From IMG/VR virus record IMGVR_UViG_3300045988_108242, positions 1 to 50,729 of that record: a DNA stretch of 50,729 nucleotides; one strand, written 5' to 3'. This stretch comes from a virus. A program made the position numbers and the translations under genes. Under the pieces are notes generated by a model. The model saw only the letters and a list, made by a program, of their open reading frames with translations, had not been told where the DNA came from and made no database searches. Of the stretch, positions 41,403 to 48,295 are shown piece after piece (positions within the stretch are counted from its first letter, which is position 1; every line of letters begins with the position of its first letter).

Positions 41403-42197
41403 TTAGTCCTCCCATTCGTCCTCTTCTTCGTCCCATTCATCATCTTCTGATTCTTCGTCCGCTTCTTCCAAAAGGTCAATATAATATTCTTTTGACTTCT
41501 TTGGTTTACAATCAATATCCCTTTCTTTACAGAGTTTATAAAGTTCTTGTGGTTTCATGCTTTCATAATCCTCTGCTTCTTCTTCGTCCCATTCATCCTC
41601 AACTTCTTCTGTTTCTTTTTTAGGTTTTGATTTTGATTTCTTCTTTTTAGATTTTTTGTCCTCTTCCTCAAAATCTTCGTTGTTATCAGATGGGTATGCT
41701 TTATCAATTGCTTTCATAATTGCACTATCAGACATTTGTTTTGCTTTAATACGGAATTTAAGAGGATTTTCACCAACAACTGTAAATGATTTATTTGTTG
41801 ATTTTCCACTTTGAATAATCGTATAGTCTCTATCTAACAATGTCCCATTGTTTTCATACAGTACCGCAAGCGTAGGAACTGGACTACAATTATTAGCAGC
41901 AAACATAAGTAACTTAACTTCTTTGCTTTCATAATCATACACGCTCCATGCATACAACTTTCTTGTTTTAATGTTTTCCATATCACAGTATGGACAATTC
42001 CTTCCGAACTGTTCTTGGCATGGTACATTTATTCCCTGTTCAAAACTGTTATGAAATTCTACTTCAATACCATCTTCAAAATCTGTTAAGAATCTGATAC
42101 GTGCTTTTGTTCCTTCTTTAAAAAACATGAACTTGCCTTTGCTACTTCCACTTTTTGCAATTTCACTTTTAATTGCACTTAATGTAATTTTTCCCAT
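41403..42197 (-). CDS. Putative ssDNA-binding protein (Zn-containing OB-like N-domain) with a HeH motif and acidic-Trp tail
   Basis: 264 aa. Features: CQEQFGRNCPYC, a beta-rich core, a basic linker, MKPQELYKLCKERDIDCKPKKSKEYYIDLLEE, and a C-terminus ending in DEWDEEEDEWED. It sits next to the primase and polymerase genes. Confidence 0.45.
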   Translation of the reverse strand: MGKITLSAIKSEIAKSGSSKGKFMFFKEGTKARIRFLTDFEDGIEVEFHNSFEQGINVPCQEQFGRNCPYCDMENIKTRKLYAWSVYDYESKEVKLLMFAANNCSPVPTLAVLYENNGTLLDRDYTIIQSGKSTNKSFTVVGENPLKFRIKAKQMSDSAIMKAIDKAYPSDNNEDFEEEDKKSKKKKSKSKPKKETEEVEDEWDEEEAEDYESMKPQELYKLCKERDIDCKPKKSKEYYIDLLEEADEESEDDEWDEEEDEWED

Positions 42198-42216
42198 TTA
42201 TTTTTGTTCCTTTCTG

Positions 42217-42600
42217 CTAATGTTTTGAAAAGTTAGATTCAAATTTGTTTATGCATACACCGCTAAAATCTTCTATGTTTAGAACATAACCTCCGAACTC
42301 AATCCAACCATGCTTTCCTGTTCTATACACTTCTTTTACTACTTTCATAATATTGTCAATCGTTTCCATAACTTCTTTCTTTGCATCTGCTGTGATAATA
42401 CTTAAAAGTTCTTTGTCGAATTTGTCTTTGTTTTCTGTCCTTTCAAAACCTATTCTTTCAGTATATGTTTCCACAAGCTCTTTATACTTTTCACTATTTT
42501 CATCATACTCCTGTTTTATACACTTGTCAAGATTAAATTCTTTTCCTGTGTTCTTTTGTATCAGTGAAATTCCTATTACTATTTCTACCGCTAATTTCAT
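42217..42600 (-). CDS. Hypothetical protein
   Basis: 127 aa, overlapping the primase 3' end by 68 nt. The start is uncertain. Confidence 0.45.
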   Translation of the reverse strand: MKLAVEIVIGISLIQKNTGKEFNLDKCIKQEYDENSEKYKELVETYTERIGFERTENKDKFDKELLSIITADAKKEVMETIDNIMKVVKEVYRTGKHGWIEFGGYVLNIEDFSGVCINKFESNFSKH

Positions 42601-43540
42601 ACAATTTCCTCGTTTCTCTTATACATTTTTTTATTTGTTTCTCGTTCATTTCTCCGCAATCTTTTATATTCTCTGGATATTGAAACCTTACTACATTAAA
42701 AAACCTTTCTAAATATTTTGTTCCCTTTATTCCGCATTCATCATTATCAAGTGCGCTAACTACAGTTGTTATACCTTTATCTTTTAACTTCTTTGTTTGT
42801 TCATCCGATATGTGCCACCCTAAAATAGCAACCACATTTTTTATATGTCCTCTTGTTCTTATTGCTAAATAGTCCATGAAACCTTCACAAATATATACCA
42901 CACTGTTTTCAGAATAGTTACCACACAATGTATCACGTTTTCTGAAACCATCGTTATACAGATATTTTCGTTTTTTTTCTACCTGCTTGTTCATTGTTCT
43001 TCCAACCCATCCTCTAAATTCTCCATTATCCAATATGGGGAATAATATTGGATAGCTCAAACTGTAGCTTGCCTTACAACGCCCTATATTCAACGCTCTT
43101 GCGTTAAATCCACGTTTATGCATATATTCTACTACTTGCTTTTCTTCTGTCGTTCTAGGCGTATTCCAGTCTGTTTCATGCAAACCATAATAATATGTAT
43201 ATGCTTCACGAATAGAATTTTTACTATGTTTCTTTCTTCTGTTTCGTATTTTAACTTGTATATTTTTTACTTCATTGCTTCTTACTATTTTTTCGAGTAA
43301 AACACAACACTGTAAGTCATTTAATTTTGGGTTTGCAAACTTTACAAAATCATATGCGTTTCCTTTTGCTCCACATCCAAAACAATAAAAACTTCCTTCC
43401 GCTAAATTTACAACCATACTTGGGTTTGCATCATCGTGGAATGGACAAACAATTTTTATTTGTGTACTTTCTGTTTCATAGATTAGTCCATAATAGATTA
43501 GAACTCTTGCTAAATCGTTTCCGTTATATTTCCTCTGCAT
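42533..43540 (-). CDS. dnaG: DNA primase (DnaG-like: CHC2 zinc finger + Toprim)
   Basis: 335 aa. The zinc finger is CPFHDDANPSMVVNLAEGSFYCFGCGAKG. Toprim-like motifs are VYICEGFMDYLA and SALDNDECG. Confidence 0.85.
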   Translation of the reverse strand: MQRKYNGNDLARVLIYYGLIYETESTQIKIVCPFHDDANPSMVVNLAEGSFYCFGCGAKGNAYDFVKFANPKLNDLQCCVLLEKIVRSNEVKNIQVKIRNRRKKHSKNSIREAYTYYYGLHETDWNTPRTTEEKQVVEYMHKRGFNARALNIGRCKASYSLSYPILFPILDNGEFRGWVGRTMNKQVEKKRKYLYNDGFRKRDTLCGNYSENSVVYICEGFMDYLAIRTRGHIKNVVAILGWHISDEQTKKLKDKGITTVVSALDNDECGIKGTKYLERFFNVVRFQYPENIKDCGEMNEKQIKKCIRETRKLYEISGRNSNRNFTDTKEHRKRI

Positions 43541-44057
43541 CCTGCTTCATTTCCGTTATTTTAATGTATGGTTCTCCTAACTGTAATTCATAACAACCCT
43601 TTAAGTCTTTTGCTTTAATTTCTCCGAGTTCGCTAAGATTGTTTAATTTATCATTGTCAACCTCTTCCATTACGTCAATGAATTTCTTGAACTTCTTAGC
43701 ATCAACTCCACATTGTTTCAAATACTCAATCAATCCTTGCATATTGTTTATTGTGTATGTTTTATTTACAAATTGTTTTATTAAACTTTTAGGAATCCTT
43801 TGTTTTAACTTTTCTATATCCCATATAATCTTTTTTGTTCTTACTTTTGTTACTTTTATGCTTTTATCTCCAACACCAATGTCAAAAGTATTTACATTAT
43901 CTTTTAAATTGCTAAACATGAAATTGGAAATTGCAAGCTGTTCTTTTTTTCTTGTTTCATTATAATACTTGTCAAAGTCCTTCTTTTGCTGTTGGAGATT
44001 GTAAAGAGCTTTTACACTCTTACTTATTTCTTTCATGTTCACTTTCATACTTTTCAC
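43524..44057 (-). CDS. Hypothetical protein
   Basis: 177 aa. The track start is a GTG. ATGs at 44048 and 44036 are alternatives that shorten the overlap with the upstream gene. Confidence 0.55.
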   Translation of the reverse strand: MKSMKVNMKEISKSVKALYNLQQQKKDFDKYYNETRKKEQLAISNFMFSNLKDNVNTFDIGVGDKSIKVTKVRTKKIIWDIEKLKQRIPKSLIKQFVNKTYTINNMQGLIEYLKQCGVDAKKFKKFIDVMEEVDNDKLNNLSELGEIKAKDLKGCYELQLGEPYIKITEMKQDAEEI

Positions 44058-44706
44058 TTATAACCTTTCTGCCATATTCTGTTCTCTGTTTTTTAAGATA
44101 CTTGTTAATATCCATTGGATAAAATCCATCTGCTTCTCTAATGAAAAGTAATTCTTCAAAAGGTAATTCAAATGTATTACCAAAAAAACTTTCTGCCCTC
44201 ACAAGCTTTTTCTTTCTGTTTACGGCGGTTACTTTTGCTGTTCTAAGCTTTCTATATACATTTCCATCTTTTGCTTCTACATAATGAATAAACACCACAA
44301 AAGAACCAACTTTCAATGCATTTTCAAAAACGCTTTCATGTTTTGGTCTTGAATATTTATCAATGATTTCTTCCAACGTTCTTGCGAACGGCAATGGGTA
44401 AAGTCTGTTTTCTTCATGCTGTACAATCTTCTTTTCCTGTTTTGGTTTTTCAATTTCTTCTTTATGTTCCTGTAATACTGGTGCATCCCACTTTTCTTCT
44501 TCTGTTTCAACTTCCTGTTTTACTGGTTCTGCACTTTCTTCAATCTTTTTGTCAATATCTTTTTTATCATCTTCATACCACATAAGTCTGTCAATAAGTT
44601 CTCCTTTATTAAATTTGTGTCCTTTGCTTTCAAGCGGCATCTTTCTTTCTCTGCACATCTGTTTTAATTCTGCTACTTTCATTACTTCTAATTCTGTTTT
44701 ATTCAT
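44020..44706 (-). CDS. HeH/SAP-motif protein
   Basis: The track ORF 44020..44766 is trimmed to the ATG at 44706, which lies 9 nt after GGAG. The longer form would include its own promoter. Motif: MKVAELKQMCRERKMPLESKGHKFNKGELIDRLM. Confidence 0.6.
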   Translation of the reverse strand: MNKTELEVMKVAELKQMCRERKMPLESKGHKFNKGELIDRLMWYEDDKKDIDKKIEESAEPVKQEVETEEEKWDAPVLQEHKEEIEKPKQEKKIVQHEENRLYPLPFARTLEEIIDKYSRPKHESVFENALKVGSFVVFIHYVEAKDGNVYRKLRTAKVTAVNRKKKLVRAESFFGNTFELPFEELLFIREADGFYPMDINKYLKKQRTEYGRKVISEKYESEHERNK

Positions 44707-44737
44707 GTTTTTGTTCTCCTTATTTTTGTTTTTCTTT

Positions 44738-44766
44738 ATTATAACATATATATTTAGTTTTGTCAA
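44738..44766 (-). promoter_or_regulatory. Sigma-A-type promoter (TTGACA-17-TGTTATAAT)
   Basis: -35 at 44766..44761, -10 at 44743..44738. Confidence 0.75.
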
Positions 44767-44767
44767 C

Positions 44768-44866
44768 CTACCAATTTAAAAATTTTAAAACATATCCTAT
44801 AACTATAATACTTGGAATTGGTAGCCAAATAGGTGCTGTCCCTAACAATAAATTTTTTAACTTCAT
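44768..44866 (-). CDS. Small hydrophobic membrane peptide (32 aa, below the track cut-off)
   Basis: Hand-translated as MKLKNLLLGTAPIWLPIPSIIVIGYVLKFLNW. GGAG lies 8 nt upstream, and the stop abuts the next -35 box. Confidence 0.4.
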   Translation of the reverse strand: MKLKNLLLGTAPIWLPIPSIIVIGYVLKFLNW

Positions 44867-44877
44867 GTTTCATTCTC

Positions 44878-45087
44878 CTATCTATGTAAACTTGTTTTCT
44901 GCATATTTAAAAATCTATAAGACATATTATTTACCTCATGTGTTTTCTGTTCTTCATTTAATAAACCAAAGTCTTTCATAGCTGTTAAATATCCATAACA
45001 GTTTGCCATTGCTTCACTGTATGTCATTAAACTTCTTTTCACAGCTACCATTTGTGTATTCTCAAATTCTTTATATTTTTGCATCAT
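44878..45087 (-). CDS. Hypothetical protein
   Basis: 69 aa, with AAGGA upstream. Confidence 0.55.
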   Translation of the reverse strand: MMQKYKEFENTQMVAVKRSLMTYSEAMANCYGYLTAMKDFGLLNEEQKTHEVNNMSYRFLNMQKTSLHR

Positions 45088-45128
45088 TTTGTTTTCCTTT
45101 CTTTTGCTTACCTTTTGTTTACATCTTC

Positions 45129-45157
45129 ATTATACTACTTACATTTTTGTTTGTCAA
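45129..45157 (-). promoter_or_regulatory. Sigma-A-type promoter (TTGACA-17-TATAAT)
   Basis: -35 at 45157..45152, -10 at 45134..45129. Confidence 0.75.
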
Positions 45158-45180
45158 TAATATAATTGAAACTTGTTTTT

Positions 45181-45435
45181 TTATATTTCTCTTTTCAATT
45201 CTAACACATCAAAGTTAAATTGATTTATGATTTGCTCTCGTTCTTCATCTGTTAAAACTTCAATATCCCAAAAGGCTCTCACATATCCTCTGAACTGTGT
45301 TTCATAATCCTTTTTATAATCAAGAAATTCTTCAAAAGAAATTTCTCCATTATTATATTGAATTGCTCTATGCTTAATTCTTTTAAGTAAGAAGTTTTTT
45401 CTTTCTTTAATTTTCTTCAATGCTAATGTTTTCAT
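45181..45435 (-). CDS. Hypothetical protein
   Basis: The track ORF starts at a TTG (45450). The ATG at 45435 lies 8 nt after GGAGG. Confidence 0.55.
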   Translation of the reverse strand: MKTLALKKIKERKNFLLKRIKHRAIQYNNGEISFEEFLDYKKDYETQFRGYVRAFWDIEVLTDEEREQIINQFNFDVLELKREI

Positions 45436-45488
45436 GTTCATTTCCTCCAACCTTTTGTTTTATTTTGTTTTCCTTACCTTGTAACTAT

Positions 45489-45524
45489 ATTATATATCAC
45501 AAGGGGTTGTTTTGTCAACCCCTT
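45489..45524 (-). promoter_or_regulatory. Sigma-A-type promoter (TTGACA-18-TATAAT) with the -35 inside a 9-bp perfect hairpin
   Basis: -35 at 45518..45513, -10 at 45494..45489. Inverted repeat AAGGGGTTG/CAACCCCTT at 45501..45509 / 45516..45524. Confidence 0.65.
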
Positions 45525-45536
45525 TTTGATATTTTT

Positions 45537-46004
45537 TTATGCAATACAAAACCTTTTTGCTGATTCTTTTACAATCTGTGAACCATATTTTGTTCTTATA
45601 TCTGTCATCGTTGTTTTACCATAACTTCTTGTCACTTCTTCTGGATTGTGCCAATACCACATCTTCTTTTTACTCGCCCATCTAAAGCCATTTGCTTTCA
45701 ACTCTGTTTTACATCCATATGTATTTCCGCTTACCCAAATCCATGAACCACAAATTTCTATGTCAATATTCAGATTGATAATACTGTTAATAGCATTTCT
45801 TAACATTTCATCTTCTGCCATGTTATATTTACTTTTGTTTTCTGTATCGCTGTTTTTAAGGACTTTGAAAAGTTCCTCATATTCTACATTGATAATTTTG
45901 ATTGCTTCATCAGAGCCACCGTTATCTGGATGATTCTCCTTTACAAGTCTTTTGTATTCTTTTCTTAACTGCTCTAATGTTTCAATGTTTTTAAAATATT
46001 TCAT
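45537..46004 (-). CDS. J-domain (DnaJ-like, HPD motif) protein with a Trp-rich C-terminal domain
   Basis: 155 aa. LEQLRKEYKRLVKENHPDNGGSDEAIKIINVEYEEL is a canonical J-domain helix II-HPD-helix III. The C-terminal pattern is GSWIWVSG...GFRWASKKKMWYW. Confidence 0.8.
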   Translation of the reverse strand: MKYFKNIETLEQLRKEYKRLVKENHPDNGGSDEAIKIINVEYEELFKVLKNSDTENKSKYNMAEDEMLRNAINSIINLNIDIEICGSWIWVSGNTYGCKTELKANGFRWASKKKMWYWHNPEEVTRSYGKTTMTDIRTKYGSQIVKESAKRFCIA

Positions 46005-46049
46005 AACTTTTTGTCCTCCAAAACTTTTGTATTACCTTGTTTATGATTA

Positions 46050-46078
46050 TATTATAACATCACTTTTGTTTTATGTCA
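46050..46078 (-). promoter_or_regulatory. Sigma-A-type promoter (TTGACA-17-TGTTATAAT)
   Basis: -35 at 46078..46073, -10 at 46055..46050. Confidence 0.75.
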
Positions 46079-46087
46079 AGAACTATT

Positions 46088-46372
46088 TTAAATTTCTTCA
46101 CTTGCACAAATTGCTTTCCAATTTTTCCAATCTTTATTTGCAAGCTCTACATCTACTCCAAAATATTCATGTACTGTTCTTCCATCAACAATAACTTCAA
46201 CATTATAAATTTTTTCAGCATTTTTAACATACGCACAATTATATTTATTTTTATCATGTTTCATCTTGTACGTTCTTGCAATCAGAACAATACTTTCAAA
46301 ACAAAAAGTATTTGTTTTCTCTGAAATTATTTCTCCTAAATGTTCCTTTAATATTCTTTGTTCTGCTTTCAT
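46088..46372 (-). CDS. Hypothetical protein (first gene of the early region)
   Basis: The track ORF starts at a TTG (46402). The ATG at 46372 lies 8 nt after GGAGGA. Confidence 0.55.
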   Translation of the reverse strand: MKAEQRILKEHLGEIISEKTNTFCFESIVLIARTYKMKHDKNKYNCAYVKNAEKIYNVEVIVDGRTVHEYFGVDVELANKDWKNWKAICASEEI

Positions 46373-46432
46373 TGTTTTGTTCCTCCAACTTTTGTTTAAC
46401 AACTTTTTGTTTTCTATCTTTAACTTGATTAT

Positions 46433-46460
46433 ATTATAACATATACAAAATAAATGTCAA
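46433..46460 (-). promoter_or_regulatory. Sigma-A-type promoter (TTGACA-16-TGTTATAAT)
   Basis: -35 at 46460..46455, -10 at 46438..46433. Confidence 0.7.
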
Positions 46461-46494
46461 TACTTTTATACAAAATATTTTTAAAAAGTTTTAT

Positions 46495-46550
46495 AACATA
46501 AAATAAGCTATACACTACTATAATAAATATTATAATAATATATAGCTTAT
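46495..46550 (-). terminator. Possible AT-rich terminator hairpin after the cargo genes
   Basis: Perfect 10-bp inverted repeat ATAAGCTATA/TATAGCTTAT (46503..46512 / 46541..46550) with a 28-nt loop, followed on the minus strand by TTTTATG. A weak candidate. Confidence 0.3.
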
Positions 46551-46557
46551 ATAAATA

Positions 46558-47304
46558 TTACTTATTCTTTTTATGTTCTTTCATTTGTTTTATTTCTTTG
46601 TTTGTATATTCTTCATTGTATTTCTTTTTATATTTTTCGTGGTATTTATCTTGCATACTGTGAATACTTACTGCATTGTAGCCTGTTCCATTAAGCTGTT
46701 CATGCATCCTGTTTATCTTTTTGAGTTCTTTTGTTACATCTTCTACAAGTGTACTAATGTATTCAGCATCCGCAATTAAGCCAATGTTTATGCATTTTTG
46801 CCACATTTCCTCATAAAGTTCTTTTGTTTCTTCTTCCCATTCTTTGTACTGTTCTATTGCACTTTTTACAAATTTTGGTAAAACATTGTCGTTTACATCT
46901 TCTGTTGTATATTTACTCCATTCCCTTGGAATAAACTGTATCACTTCTACTTGGTGTACCGGAATAAGCTTTTTATGAATGTTGATATATTTGTGGTGTA
47001 GCTTTCTTCCTTCTGCTACTTCACACATATACTGATATTCTAACTTACGCTTAAAACCTTGCAATCCGAGGAAACAAAAGTAATCTGCAAGCTGTTCATG
47101 AAAACATAATGCTTTTTTCATATGTTCATCAAGTTCTAAATAAATCTGTTCAGCACTTTGTTCTTTTTCACGCTTGTTTACATTCATTCCTGTATATGTT
47201 CTTTGCATACTTTGTTCATTCTTTCTACTCCATGGCTGTTCTTCTTGCGTTCCTGTTTGTTCCTGTTCTGTTACTCCATATTTTACGCCGTTTCTTTCAT
47301 ACAT
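46558..47304 (-). CDS. Hypothetical protein with a ferritin-like helical-bundle signature (degenerate)
   Basis: 248 aa. The N-terminus looks disordered. LCFHEQLADYFCFLGLQGFKRKLEYQYMCEVAEGRKLHHKYI loosely parallels ferritin/Dps helices A-B but has no clean ExxH motif. Confidence 0.35.
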   Translation of the reverse strand: MYERNGVKYGVTEQEQTGTQEEQPWSRKNEQSMQRTYTGMNVNKREKEQSAEQIYLELDEHMKKALCFHEQLADYFCFLGLQGFKRKLEYQYMCEVAEGRKLHHKYINIHKKLIPVHQVEVIQFIPREWSKYTTEDVNDNVLPKFVKSAIEQYKEWEEETKELYEEMWQKCINIGLIADAEYISTLVEDVTKELKKINRMHEQLNGTGYNAVSIHSMQDKYHEKYKKKYNEEYTNKEIKQMKEHKKNK

Positions 47305-47316
47305 AACTTACACCTC

Positions 47317-47697
47317 CTACGCTGGTATTGTCGGAAAATTAAATCCTGTCTTGCACAATTCACACGGATTTACAACAAATGCATTTGTATCCGTTGCTAC
47401 ATTTGTGTGATATACTCTTCTGCTTCGTATCTGGTCTGCATGAACATTGTTACCGCATTTTGTTCTAAGAATATACTGCGCTGTTCCTATTCCAAATGTT
47501 ATCGCTACAGTATTTGCACTTGTTATGTCTGGAATACTTTGTGCAATACAAATACATACTTTTTCTTTGTTGCTATACGTTGCCTGTGGTATATTTAATA
47601 CCAGAACATTATCAACTAATGTTACGCTATTTGTTTTTACAAAATGTATACAACCACCACAGCCATAACCATTATTATTATATAAATTACATGGCAT
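47317..47697 (-). CDS. Cys-rich hypothetical protein (N-terminal CNLYNNNGYGCGGC)
   Basis: 126 aa, with AAAGGTAGG upstream. It is the first gene after the terminator at 47728..47758. Confidence 0.55.
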   Translation of the reverse strand: MPCNLYNNNGYGCGGCIHFVKTNSVTLVDNVLVLNIPQATYSNKEKVCICIAQSIPDITSANTVAITFGIGTAQYILRTKCGNNVHADQIRSRRVYHTNVATDTNAFVVNPCELCKTGFNFPTIPA

Positions 47698-47727
47698 ATA
47701 TATTACCTACCTTTCTAAACGTTCTAA

Positions 47728-47758
47728 TTAAACAAATAAGGGCGGTTATTCACCGCCC
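47728..47758 (-). terminator. Rho-independent terminator closing the structural operon
   Basis: Perfect 7-bp stem GGGCGGT/ACCGCCC (47740..47746 / 47752..47758) with a 5-nt loop, followed on the minus strand by TTATTTGTTT. Confidence 0.8.
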
Positions 47759-47824
47759 CTACAAATTCATCACGCATAAGCGGAAAACCTCTTAAATCTT
47801 AAAATACAAGCTCCTAGCCGTATC

Positions 47825-48256
47825 CTAGCATCCACAGCCATTATTGCAGGCTGTTCCATAATGTGAAAACATCTGTGCGCTTTCATACGGACTGCAAGTT
47901 TGATAAGCCGGAATAGGCGTAGGTCTGAGAGTTGCAATCAGTGTTGCGTTTTGTGCCTGCTGGCTCAACTGGAAGTTTGCTGTCTGTAACTGGTCACGTA
48001 AACTCTGAATTTCATTCTGTGTCATCAATGCTCTTGTTGCATCACCATCGGCTTTAATTGCATTTACGATATCACCTTTCGTATCAATATCAACATCTTT
48101 TGTCGTGTCATATGTTTCCACATAATCGAATTGACTTTCATAGTACACAAATCCTGTATAGCATACGATTGCTTCTAAGAACATTAAAACGATTAAAAGT
48201 ACAATTATTTTATCTTTTTTTTCTATTTGAATTTGCATATTCCTTTTGTACATCAA
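47825..48256 (-). CDS. Membrane-anchored protein with a coiled coil and Cys-rich C-terminus (..CNNGCGC)
   Basis: 143 aa with an N-terminal TM segment (IIVLLIVLMFLEAIVCYTGFVYY) and the helix EIQSLRDQLQTANFQLSQQAQ. It is the last gene before the terminator. Confidence 0.55.
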   Translation of the reverse strand: MMYKRNMQIQIEKKDKIIVLLIVLMFLEAIVCYTGFVYYESQFDYVETYDTTKDVDIDTKGDIVNAIKADGDATRALMTQNEIQSLRDQLQTANFQLSQQAQNATLIATLRPTPIPAYQTCSPYESAQMFSHYGTACNNGCGC

Positions 48257-48295
48257 TCAATATTTTTTCTGTTTCGTTTTCCATTTCTATTCCTC

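Noticed and set aside
45501-45524. The promoter-embedded hairpins as plus-strand (antisense-blocking) intrinsic terminators, because a T-rich tract follows each stem on the plus strand.
   Set aside because: The plus strand is T-rich everywhere, being the complement of A-rich coding sequence and of stop-codon regions, so the T-tracts are not informative. No plus-strand promoters or genes are evident.
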